Positions 16,511 through 24,411 of a stretch of 25,440 bases of DNA are shown one piece after another. This stretch comes from Candidatus Rokuibacteriota bacterium (lineage in GTDB: Bacteria; Methylomirabilota; Methylomirabilia; Rokubacteriales; CSP1-6), in NCBI GenBank assembly GCA_016184305.1, contig JACPCX010000124.1, forward strand, positions 1-25,440. The letters are read 5' to 3'. Position 1 is the stretch's first letter; the number at the start of each line of letters is the position of its first letter. Under the pieces are notes generated by a model, which did not search any database, was not told the origin of the DNA, and saw only the letters and a program-made list of their open reading frames with translations. A program made the translations under genes and the position numbers.

Positions 16511-17457
16511 GCCCACAGGTCCTCGAAGGCCTCGTGGGGCTCGGGGAATGGGCTCTGGCGGGCGTACTCCACCGCCGCGGCCACCTCCTCGTCCACCCGG
16601 GCCTCCATATCCGCGTAGGCGTCATCGCTGAGGAGCCCCCCGGCGGAGAGGCTCGCGCGGTAGCGCGCGACGGGGTCCTGGGCGCGGGCGGCGTCCAGCT
16701 CCGCCTGGGAGCGGTAGTGCTGCGGGTCGTGAGCAAGGTGGCCGCCAAGACGGATCGTCCTCGCCTCGACGAGCGTGGGGCCCCCGCCCGCCCGCGCCTG
16801 GGCGACGGCTCCACTGACGGCCTCGAGCACGGCGAGCGGGTCGTTGCCGTCGATGACGACGCCCGGCAGGCCATACCCGGCCGCCCGAGCGGCGATCGAC
16901 TCGGCCTTCACGGCGACCGCCACGGGCTGCGAGATGCAGTAGCCGTTGTTCTCGCAGAGGAGGATGAGCGGCAGCGCCCACATGGCGGCCAGATTGGCGG
17001 TCTCGTGCACGGCGCCCTCGTTGGCCGCTCCGTCGCCGAAGAAGGCCAGGCTCACGCGATCCGTTCCCTTCATCTTCTGCGCCAGCGCCATGCCCCCCGC
17101 CACGGGCACCTGGGCCGCCACGATGCCTCCCATCCCCACGACGCCGCGCGTGACGTCGGTCACATGGTACGACTTGCCCTTGTTGTAGCCGGTGCGCCGG
17201 CAATACAGGTCCGCCATGATGCGCTTCGGATCGAGCCCCCGCGCCACCTGGGGGGCCTGGCCGCGATGGGTGGTGAACACGTAGTCCCCCGGCCCGAGCG
17301 CCGCGCAGGCGCCGGCAGCCACGGCCTCCTGGCCGGTGGAGAGCGACGGCGGGATGCCGCCGATCTCCTCCTGGAAGTAGGCCTCCGCCCACGCCGTCTC
17401 CAGGCGGCGGATCAGGAGCATCGTCCGCAGCAGGTCACGCTTTCGCTCAGGGTCCAA
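16507..17457 (-). CDS. TPP-dependent dehydrogenase E1 alpha subunit
   Basis: GQEA, THRG, TPP motif FFGDGAANEG...ENNGY, GPTLVEA, GHLAHDPQHYR. Probable TTG start at 17457 after GGAGG. Confidence 0.88.
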   Translation of the reverse strand: MDPERKRDLLRTMLLIRRLETAWAEAYFQEEIGGIPPSLSTGQEAVAAGACAALGPGDYVFTTHRGQAPQVARGLDPKRIMADLYCRRTGYNKGKSYHVTDVTRGVVGMGGIVAAQVPVAGGMALAQKMKGTDRVSLAFFGDGAANEGAVHETANLAAMWALPLILLCENNGYCISQPVAVAVKAESIAARAAGYGLPGVVIDGNDPLAVLEAVSGAVAQARAGGGPTLVEARTIRLGGHLAHDPQHYRSQAELDAARAQDPVARYRASLSAGGLLSDDAYADMEARVDEEVAAAVEYARQSPFPEPHEAFEDLWA

Positions 17458-18313
17458 CCCGACGCACCTCCGAGGGCTTGCCAGTGGAGCCCTTGTCGAG
17501 CCCGGCGGCCTTGAGGAGCGGGCTGCCGGCGCCGCTGCCGAAGATGGCGGGACCGCGCGCCAGCATCCCGCCGTCGACCACGATCGTCTCGCCCGTGATG
17601 AAGCCCGCGTCCGGGGAGGCCAGGAAGAGCGCGACGCCCGCGACATCCTCGCCCCGGCCGGCGTCCGGCCAGGGCTGCTTCGCGAGGATCGCCTGCTCGG
17701 CGGCGGCCACGCTCCCCTTGTGGAAGAGATCAGTCATCAGCGGGCCCGGAGCGATGGCGTTGACCCGGATCCGGTGCGGAGCCAGCTCGACGGCCACGGT
17801 ACGCGTCAGGCTGATGATCGCCGCCTTCGCCGCCGAGTAGCCGTGGGCTCCGCCGCCGCCCGCGAGGCCCGCGATCGACGAGGTCGAGATGATCGAACCG
17901 CCCTGGCCCTGGGCCTTCATGGCGGTTGCGCCGTGCTTCATGCCGAGGAACACGCCCCGGAGCAGCACGGCCAGCGTGTAGTCCCACTCCTCGACTCGTG
18001 TCTCGTCGATGGGGCCGAAGGCGCCGCCGATCCCGGCGTTGTTGAAGACGCAGTCCAGCCGCCCGAAGGCGTCCAGCGCGCATCGGATCATCGCCTCGAC
18101 GGCTCGCTCCTCGGCGACGTCGGTCCTGGCGAATCGGATGGCGTCTCGATGTCCCCGCTCCGCGGCGACGTGCAGCACCGCCTCGCCATTGGGCTCGTTC
18201 AGGTCCGCGATCACCACGCGCGCGCCTTCGTCGAGGAACCGGAGCGCCGTGTCGCGGCCGATGCCGTTGGCCCCGCCGGTGATCACCGCGACCTGGCCTG
18301 CCAGCCTGCCCAT
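17447..18313 (-). CDS. Short-chain dehydrogenase/reductase (classical SDR)
   Basis: MGRLAGQVAVITGGANGIG, NNAG, catalytic S and YSAAK, RVNAIAPG, FLAS...ITG...VDGG. Confidence 0.92.
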   Translation of the reverse strand: MGRLAGQVAVITGGANGIGRDTALRFLDEGARVVIADLNEPNGEAVLHVAAERGHRDAIRFARTDVAEERAVEAMIRCALDAFGRLDCVFNNAGIGGAFGPIDETRVEEWDYTLAVLLRGVFLGMKHGATAMKAQGQGGSIISTSSIAGLAGGGGAHGYSAAKAAIISLTRTVAVELAPHRIRVNAIAPGPLMTDLFHKGSVAAAEQAILAKQPWPDAGRGEDVAGVALFLASPDAGFITGETIVVDGGMLARGPAIFGSGAGSPLLKAAGLDKGSTGKPSEVRRVGP

Positions 18314-18356
18314 CCGTTCACCCCCGAGACGGTATCTTGGCGTAAGTCTCGCGGAA

Positions 18357-18857
18357 ATGCCAAGCCAAAGCTCGCGCCGGTACTGGGTCAATTCGCGTCG
18401 CCATACTTCGTTACTCGGTCGCCCGCGACGCTCAACGTACAGAGAGTACGCCTCGCGTCGCTGGCTCCCTCGTGCCTCGTCTGGCTCGCAACTCGAACCG
18501 GCCGGCACTCTCCTCATCGAGCGCAGGATCGAGCGCGCGGAGCTCGTGCGCCTGGCCCGGCTCTTCGGCGACATGATCAAGTTCGTGGTGGACGTGGAGC
18601 GGGGAGTCATCGCCATCGGCGGTGAGCTGCACGCCGACGCGGAGCAGCTCCTCCTCGAGGCCGGCAGCCGCCAGGGGGACCTCTGGGGAGCCAACTACTA
18701 CCCGGGACGGGGGCGGGACGAATGCATCGAGTTCACGTCGCTCATCAATATCCGGCCCTCGCAGGGGAACCCCGGCATGGAGGTGCAGGACCCGGCGCTG
18801 CGGAAGCGGATCCGCGCGCTGACCGGGGCACTCGTCGGCGACGGGGAGGATCTCTGA
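18357..18857 (+). CDS. DUF5674 family protein (start uncertain: ATG 18357, GTG 18546 or ATG 18573)
   Basis: MIKFVVDVERGVIAIGGELHADAEQLLLEAGSRQGDLWGAN...IEFTSLINIRPSQGN matches my recollection of DUF5674. Confidence 0.75.
   Translation: MPSQSSRRYWVNSRRHTSLLGRPRRSTYREYASRRWLPRASSGSQLEPAGTLLIERRIERAELVRLARLFGDMIKFVVDVERGVIAIGGELHADAEQLLLEAGSRQGDLWGANYYPGRGRDECIEFTSLINIRPSQGNPGMEVQDPALRKRIRALTGALVGDGEDL
18376..18506 (-). repeat. Copy D: same hairpin core as A-C but with different outer arms (no IS-like ends, no CTAG)
   Basis: 31-nt identity ACGCTCAACGTACAGAGAGTACGCCTCGCGT (18428-18458) with the reverse complement of copy C, plus shared CTTCGTT and GCCTCG..TGG blocks. Confidence 0.8.
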
Positions 18858-18858
18858 G

Positions 18859-19233
18859 ATGGCGCAGCACGCCTCCCTGCCGCCCGAGCGGTGGGCGGGG
18901 TTCTCGCTCGATCAGCAGGTGCTCATGATCGGGAACGAGATGAACCGGGCGGCGAAGCTCGGGGACGCGCGCGACCGGGGACGCCTGCGGAGCGCCTACG
19001 AGCGGGTGTTCCAGCTCGTCGACTTGACCGTCCAGGTGCAGGCGCGGAGATCCCTGCGCCGGGAGCTGCTGCGGTGGCGCGACCTGATCGCCGCTCTCTA
19101 CGTGGCGCCGGAAAGCGATCCCGACGCGCACGCGGCGGCCTTCCGCTGCCTGCTTCGCTTCACACCGGAGGCGTCGAAGCAGCTCTCGGCGCTCTCGCCG
19201 CCCCCGCGGGACCGGGACGCCGGGCCCGGGTAG
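18859..19233 (+). CDS. Conserved hypothetical helical protein downstream of DUF5674
   Basis: Starts 1 nt after the DUF5674 stop, with a GGAGG RBS; RW..FSL.QQ.LMIGNEMNRA...ELLRWR pattern, predicted all-alpha. Confidence 0.75.
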   Translation: MAQHASLPPERWAGFSLDQQVLMIGNEMNRAAKLGDARDRGRLRSAYERVFQLVDLTVQVQARRSLRRELLRWRDLIAALYVAPESDPDAHAAAFRCLLRFTPEASKQLSALSPPPRDRDAGPG

Positions 19234-19264
19234 CCGCGCCACTGGATGCTGGACTGCGACCGCC

Positions 19265-20302
19265 ATGGACGTCGCGCTCTTCGATTACCCTCTGCCCCCC
19301 GAGCTGATCGCCCAGGAGCCCGTCTCCCCGCGTGACGCCTCCCGGCTCCTGAGACTCGACCGCGCAAGCGGGCGCCGGGAGGACCGGCGCTTCCACGAGC
19401 TGCCGGATCTCCTGCGCCCTGGCGACTGTCTGGTGTGGAATGACAGCCGGGTGATCCCGGCCCGTCTCCTGGGCACGTTCGCCACCGACGGCCGTCCCGT
19501 GGACCTGCTGCTGCTGCGCGAGGTGGCGTCCGGTCACTGGGAGGCGATGGCGCGCCCCGGCCGCCGCTGTCGCCCCGGCGTGAGGATCCAGCTGGCCGGC
19601 GGCGCCGCGCGCGCCGTGGTTCTCGAGCGGACGCCGCGGGGCAACCGTGTCCTCCGGATCGAGACCCCGGGCTCGGTACGGGACCTCCTCGAGCGCCACG
19701 GTCTGCCCCCACTCCCGCCCTATATCGAGCGTCACGACTCGCCGAAGCCCGAGGACTGGCAGCGCTACCAGACCGTCTACGCGCGCGATCCGGGCTCGGT
19801 GGCGGCCCCGACGGCGGGGTTGCACTTCACGCCGGAGCTGATCGAGCGGTTGCGGGGAAGAGGCGTCGAGATCCACGCCATCACGCTCCACGTGGGGCCA
19901 GGCACCTTCAGGCCGGTCCAGGGCGAGGACGTGGAGGCGCATCGGATGGAGTCCGAGCAGGTGACGATCCCTGGCGGTACCGCCGAGGCCGTCACCCGCG
20001 CGAAGGCCGAGGGCCGCCGGGTGGTGGCCGTGGGGACCACGACGACGCGCGCGCTCGAGTGGGCCGCCGATGGAACCGGCCGGTTGCGGCCGGAGACGGG
20101 CGAGGCCGACCTTTTCATCCAACCCGACTACCGCTTCCGGGTGGTGGACGGGCTCGTCACCAACTTCCACCTGCCGCGCTCCACACTCCTCGTCCTCGTG
20201 TCGGCCTTCGCGGGCCGGGAGCTGATCCTCGCCGCCTACGCCCACGCCGTGCAGGCACGCTACCGCTTCTACTCCTATGGCGACGCCATGTTCATCCAGT
20301 AG
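19265..20302 (+). CDS. queA: S-adenosylmethionine:tRNA ribosyltransferase-isomerase
   Basis: FDYPLPPELIAQEP, NDSRVIPARL, PLPPYI, YQTVYA, GSVAAPTAGLHFT, VGTT, TNFHLPRST, YRFYSYGDAM. Confidence 0.97.
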   Translation: MDVALFDYPLPPELIAQEPVSPRDASRLLRLDRASGRREDRRFHELPDLLRPGDCLVWNDSRVIPARLLGTFATDGRPVDLLLLREVASGHWEAMARPGRRCRPGVRIQLAGGAARAVVLERTPRGNRVLRIETPGSVRDLLERHGLPPLPPYIERHDSPKPEDWQRYQTVYARDPGSVAAPTAGLHFTPELIERLRGRGVEIHAITLHVGPGTFRPVQGEDVEAHRMESEQVTIPGGTAEAVTRAKAEGRRVVAVGTTTTRALEWAADGTGRLRPETGEADLFIQPDYRFRVVDGLVTNFHLPRSTLLVLVSAFAGRELILAAYAHAVQARYRFYSYGDAMFIQ

Positions 20303-21460
20303 ATGGCGCCGATCCGGTTCGAGCTGATCCGGACGGAGGGGGCGGCGCGTCTTGGCAGGATCCGCACCGCGCGGGGCGACGTCGAGACGCCCGCCTTCAT
20401 GCCCGTGGCCACCCAGGGGAGCGTGAAGAGCCTGTCTCCCTCCGATCTCCGCGCCGCCGGCGCGCAGATCGTCCTGGCCAACACCTACCATCTCTTCCTG
20501 CGCCCGGGGCACGAGCTGGTGCGGGAGCTGGGGGGCCTCCACCGCTTCATGGGCTGGGATGGGCCGATCCTCACCGACTCCGGCGGCTTCCAGGTCTTCA
20601 GCCTGACGAAGCTCAGGAAGGTCAGCGACGAGGGCGTCGAGTTCCGCTCGCACGTGGACGGCTCGCTCCACTTCCTGTCTCCCGAGACATGCGTCGAGAT
20701 CCAGCAGGCGCTCGGGGTGGACATCATCCACCCGCTCGACGAGTGTCTCGCCCAGCCCGCGACGCCCCCCGATACGGAGCGCTCTCTCGCGCTGACGCTC
20801 CGGTGGCTCGCTCGCTCCGTCGCCGCCCATCGCAAGGGCGACGGCAGCCAGGCGCTTTTCGGCATCGTCCAGGGCGGGATCCACGAGGACCTCAGGCGGC
20901 GCGCGGTGGAGGTCACGGTGGCGCTCGGGCTCGACGGCTACGCCATCGGCGGGCTCGCGGTCGGCGAGCCGACGGAGCGCATGTACGACATCACCGCGCT
21001 GGTCGCTCACCTCCTGCCGCGGGACCACCCGCGCTATCTCATGGGGGTGGGCAAGCCCCACGACCTGGTCGAGGCGGTGGCGCGGGGCGTGGACCTCTTC
21101 GACTGCGTCATGCCCACGCGCAACGCGCGCAACGGCCAGGTCTTCACCGGCGATGGGCCGCTCACCATCAGTCACGCGCGCTACGCGCGCGACCCCGCCC
21201 CGCTCGAGGCCGGGTGCCCCTGCGAGGGCTGCCGCGGCTTCTCGCGCGCCTATCTCCGGCACCTCTTCATGGCGCGGGAGCTCCTCGCCTACCGGCTGCT
21301 CTCGCTCCACAATGTGACGTTCTATCTCGGGCTCATGGCGGCCATGCGCGGGGCCCTCGCCGCGGGCGGTTTTCGGGCATTCCGCTCTCGGTTTCTGGAC
21401 CGTTATGGGGTAGAATCTCACGACGGTTCGCCGGACAGCACGAGAGATACGGAGGCCTGA
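20303..21460 (+). CDS. tgt: tRNA-guanine transglycosylase
   Basis: TPAFMPVAT, LANTYHL, LTDSGGFQVFSL, DEC, GIVQGG, GGLAVGE, PRYLMGVG, FDCVMPTR, Zn site CPCEGC...H. Confidence 0.97.
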   Translation: MAPIRFELIRTEGAARLGRIRTARGDVETPAFMPVATQGSVKSLSPSDLRAAGAQIVLANTYHLFLRPGHELVRELGGLHRFMGWDGPILTDSGGFQVFSLTKLRKVSDEGVEFRSHVDGSLHFLSPETCVEIQQALGVDIIHPLDECLAQPATPPDTERSLALTLRWLARSVAAHRKGDGSQALFGIVQGGIHEDLRRRAVEVTVALGLDGYAIGGLAVGEPTERMYDITALVAHLLPRDHPRYLMGVGKPHDLVEAVARGVDLFDCVMPTRNARNGQVFTGDGPLTISHARYARDPAPLEAGCPCEGCRGFSRAYLRHLFMARELLAYRLLSLHNVTFYLGLMAAMRGALAAGGFRAFRSRFLDRYGVESHDGSPDSTRDTEA

Positions 21461-21465
21461 CACTC

Positions 21466-21801
21466 ATGGTGGATGTGGCGTATGCGGCGGCTCTGTCCCC
21501 GGGCGGCGGTGGCGCCGGCTCGGTGACGACCCAGCTGGTCTTCTTCGCGGCCATCTTCGCGATCTTCTACTTCCTCCTCATCCGCCCGCAGCAGAAGCAG
21601 AAGCGGGAGCGGGAAGCCCTGCTCCGGGCCGTCAAGAAGGGCGATCGCGTCGTGACCACGAGCGGAATGCACGGCACGGTCGTGGGCCTCGATGAGCACA
21701 CGGTGACCCTCAAGGTGTCCGATCAGGTCAAGCTCCAGTTCGACCGGTCGGCCATCGGCCGCATCGTGCCGGCCGCCGGGGAGAGGGAGGGCGCCGCCTG
21801 A
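21466..21801 (+). CDS. yajC: Preprotein translocase subunit YajC
   Basis: C-terminal part of ORF 20059..21801: FYFLLIRPQQK...KKGDRVVTTSGMHG; GGAGG RBS before ATG 21466. Confidence 0.95.
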   Translation: MVDVAYAAALSPGGGGAGSVTTQLVFFAAIFAIFYFLLIRPQQKQKREREALLRAVKKGDRVVTTSGMHGTVVGLDEHTVTLKVSDQVKLQFDRSAIGRIVPAAGEREGAA

Positions 21802-23417
21802 TGCGGCGGCGCCTCCCGCTCCGGATCGGGATCGTCGCCGCCGTCATCGTCGGCTCCCTCCTCTACCTGTACCCGCCCCCCTTCGCCCGGTCGTATCTCT
21901 ACGGGCCCGCGGCACCGGCCGCGCGCCCGGGTGGCATCCTCCCGTCCACCCTGAATCTCGGGCTCGACCTCCAGGGCGGCATCCACCTCGTCCTCGGCGT
22001 GGATCTCGACAAGGCGATCGAGGCCCAGGTGGAGCGCGCCGGGAGCGGGATCCGCAGCTCCCTCGAGAAGAAGGGAATCGCCGTCAAGGGCATCCAGCGC
22101 CGCGGGCCGACCGAGCTCGTCGTGGAGCTGGCCTCGCCCGAGGCCTGGGCCGCCGCCCAGTCGACCTTCGGTGAGCTGGCCATCTTCGAGACGAAGGAGG
22201 CCGACCAGGCCGCGGGGCGCGTGGTCCTGCTGCTCCGAGCCAAGGAGGGCGCGGCGCTGCGCGATCTGGCGGTGCGCCAGGGGCTCGAGACGATTCGCAA
22301 TCGCGTGGACCAGTTTGGCGTCTCGGAGCCCTCCATCCAGCAGCAGGGGGAGAACCGGATCCTGATCCAGCTCCCCGGCGTCCAGGACCCCGAGCGCGCC
22401 AAGGCCCTCATCGGCAAGACGGCGCTCCTGGAGTTCAAGCTGCTCGACGAGCGCGCCGACGTGGACCGCGCCGTGAAGGAAGGGCCGCCCGAGGGGGACG
22501 AGGTCCTGTACCAGCGGCGGGTGGACAAGGAGACCAAGCAGGAGAGCCGCATCCCCTTCGTGGTCCAGAAGAAGACGCTGCTGACGGGCGCCGATCTCTC
22601 GACGGCCCGCGTCTCCATCGACCAGACCACGAGCGAGCCACACGTGTCCGTGGAGCTCAACGCCGCGGGGGCCAAGGCCTTCGCCGATCTCACCGAGGCC
22701 AACGTGAACAAGCGCCTCGCCATCATCCTGGACGGGAACGTGCACTCGGCCCCGGTGATCCGCGAGCGTATCCCCTCGGGCCAGGCGCAGATCACGGGGG
22801 GCTTCACCAGCGCGGAGGCCACGGACCTCGCCATCGTGCTCCGGGCGGGCGCCCTGCCGGCGCCGGTGCAGGTGCTGGAGGAGCGCACGGTGGGGCCGTC
22901 CCTCGGCGCGGACTCCATCCGGCAAGGGATCATCGCCATCCTGGCGTCCACGGCGCTGGTGTGCCTCTTCATGCTCGTCTACTATCGGCTCTCGGGCCTG
23001 ATCGCCAACGTCGCTCTCGGGCTGAACCTGCTGGTGCTCATGGCGGTCATGGCCGGCTTCCACGCGACGCTGACGCTGCCGGGCATCGCCGGCATCGCGC
23101 TCACCGTGGGGATGGCCGTGGACACCAACATCCTCATCTTCGAACGGATCCGGGAGGAGCTGCGGAGCGGCAAGACGGTGCGTGCCGCCATCGGCGCCGG
23201 CTTCACGCGCGCCTTCAAGACCGTCGTGGACACCCACGTGACGGTGCTGGTGTCCGGCCTCATTCTCTACCAGTTCGGGACCGGCCCGGTGAAGGGCTTC
23301 GCCGTGTCCCTCATGATCGGCATCGTGGCGAGCCTGTTCACGGCCGTCTTCTTCACCCGGCTGCTCTTCGACCTGATCTACACGACCTCCCGGAAGGTCG
23401 CGTCGATCTCCATCTGA
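21801..23417 (+). CDS. secD: Protein translocase subunit SecD
   Basis: LNLGLDLQGG, IRNRVDQFGVSEP, LRAGALPAP, VGPSLG, GMAVDTNILIFERIREE, GPVKGFA. Confidence 0.97.
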   Translation: MRRRLPLRIGIVAAVIVGSLLYLYPPPFARSYLYGPAAPAARPGGILPSTLNLGLDLQGGIHLVLGVDLDKAIEAQVERAGSGIRSSLEKKGIAVKGIQRRGPTELVVELASPEAWAAAQSTFGELAIFETKEADQAAGRVVLLLRAKEGAALRDLAVRQGLETIRNRVDQFGVSEPSIQQQGENRILIQLPGVQDPERAKALIGKTALLEFKLLDERADVDRAVKEGPPEGDEVLYQRRVDKETKQESRIPFVVQKKTLLTGADLSTARVSIDQTTSEPHVSVELNAAGAKAFADLTEANVNKRLAIILDGNVHSAPVIRERIPSGQAQITGGFTSAEATDLAIVLRAGALPAPVQVLEERTVGPSLGADSIRQGIIAILASTALVCLFMLVYYRLSGLIANVALGLNLLVLMAVMAGFHATLTLPGIAGIALTVGMAVDTNILIFERIREELRSGKTVRAAIGAGFTRAFKTVVDTHVTVLVSGLILYQFGTGPVKGFAVSLMIGIVASLFTAVFFTRLLFDLIYTTSRKVASISI

Positions 23418-23430
23418 CCCAGGGACGGAC

Positions 23431-24369
23431 ATGCTCCAGATCTTCGTGGATCCGCAGTTCGACTTCATCGGCAAGCGGCGCTGGGCCTACCTGGCGTCGA
23501 TGGTGTTCATCCTCATCGGGCTGGGATCCATGGCGGCCAAGGGCGGCCTGCGCTACGGCATCGACTTCTCCGGCGGCACCCTGATCCAGGTGCGCTTTGA
23601 GAGGGCCGCGCCGGTGGAGCGGATCCGCACGAGCCTCGAGCGGATCCAGATGGGGGAGAGCGTCATCCAGGAGTTCGGCGATCCCCGCGAGTTCATCCTG
23701 CGCCTGCCGCTGGCGGAGACCTCCGCCGAGGCGGTGACCCGCCGGGTGCAGGAGGCCCTCGGCGCGGACGCGGCCCTGGGCCAGGCCGAGATCCGCCGCG
23801 TGGAGTTCGTGGGCCCGCAGGTGGGCCGCGACCTGCAGATCCAGGCCCTCTACGCCGTCCTCTGGAGCATGGCCGGCATCCTCATCTACATCGCCGTCCG
23901 CTTCGACCTCAAGGGCGGCTTCGCCTCCGTGGCGGCCATCATCCACGACGTGCTGGTCTGCCTGGGCGCCATGTCGCTGACCAACCGCGAGATGTCGCTG
24001 CCCTTGCTGGCCGGCCTGCTCACGATCATCGGGTATTCCGTCAACGACACCATCGTGGCCTATGACCGCGTCCGGGAGAACCGGGGCAAGGGGCTGCGAA
24101 AGGGCCAGCCCTTCGCGAGCCAGATCAACGCGGCGATCAACCAGACGCTCTCGCGCACCGTGCTCACCGCCCTCACCACGTTCTTCTCCGCGCTCGTGCT
24201 GTACCTCTTCGGGGGCAAGGTGCTGGAAGATCTGGCCTTCGTGCTCACGGTGGGGGTCATCACCGGGACCTACTCCACCGTGTACATCGCCGGGTCGCTC
24301 ATCGTCGACTGGACGGGATGGATGGAGGGCCGCGCTCGGTCGCGGAAGAAACTCGTAGCAAAAGCTTGA
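23431..24369 (+). CDS. secF: Protein translocase subunit SecF
   Basis: GIDFSGGT, VGPQVG, HDV, IGYSVNDTIVAYDRVREN, TLSRT, GTYS. Confidence 0.97.
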   Translation: MLQIFVDPQFDFIGKRRWAYLASMVFILIGLGSMAAKGGLRYGIDFSGGTLIQVRFERAAPVERIRTSLERIQMGESVIQEFGDPREFILRLPLAETSAEAVTRRVQEALGADAALGQAEIRRVEFVGPQVGRDLQIQALYAVLWSMAGILIYIAVRFDLKGGFASVAAIIHDVLVCLGAMSLTNREMSLPLLAGLLTIIGYSVNDTIVAYDRVRENRGKGLRKGQPFASQINAAINQTLSRTVLTALTTFFSALVLYLFGGKVLEDLAFVLTVGVITGTYSTVYIAGSLIVDWTGWMEGRARSRKKLVAKA

Positions 24370-24411
24370 TTCTAGTGGCAAAATTCTAGGTCAACCTGAG
24401 GAGGACTTGGG

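Noticed and set aside
17447..18694. 415-aa extended SDR
   Set aside because: The extension crosses repeat D and the antisense of DUF5674. A typical SDR start is at 18313.
24366..24394. Imperfect inverted repeat with two CTAG between secF and rel as an element footprint or operator
   Set aside because: Short and imperfect, with no repeat termini; cannot be distinguished from ordinary promoter DNA.
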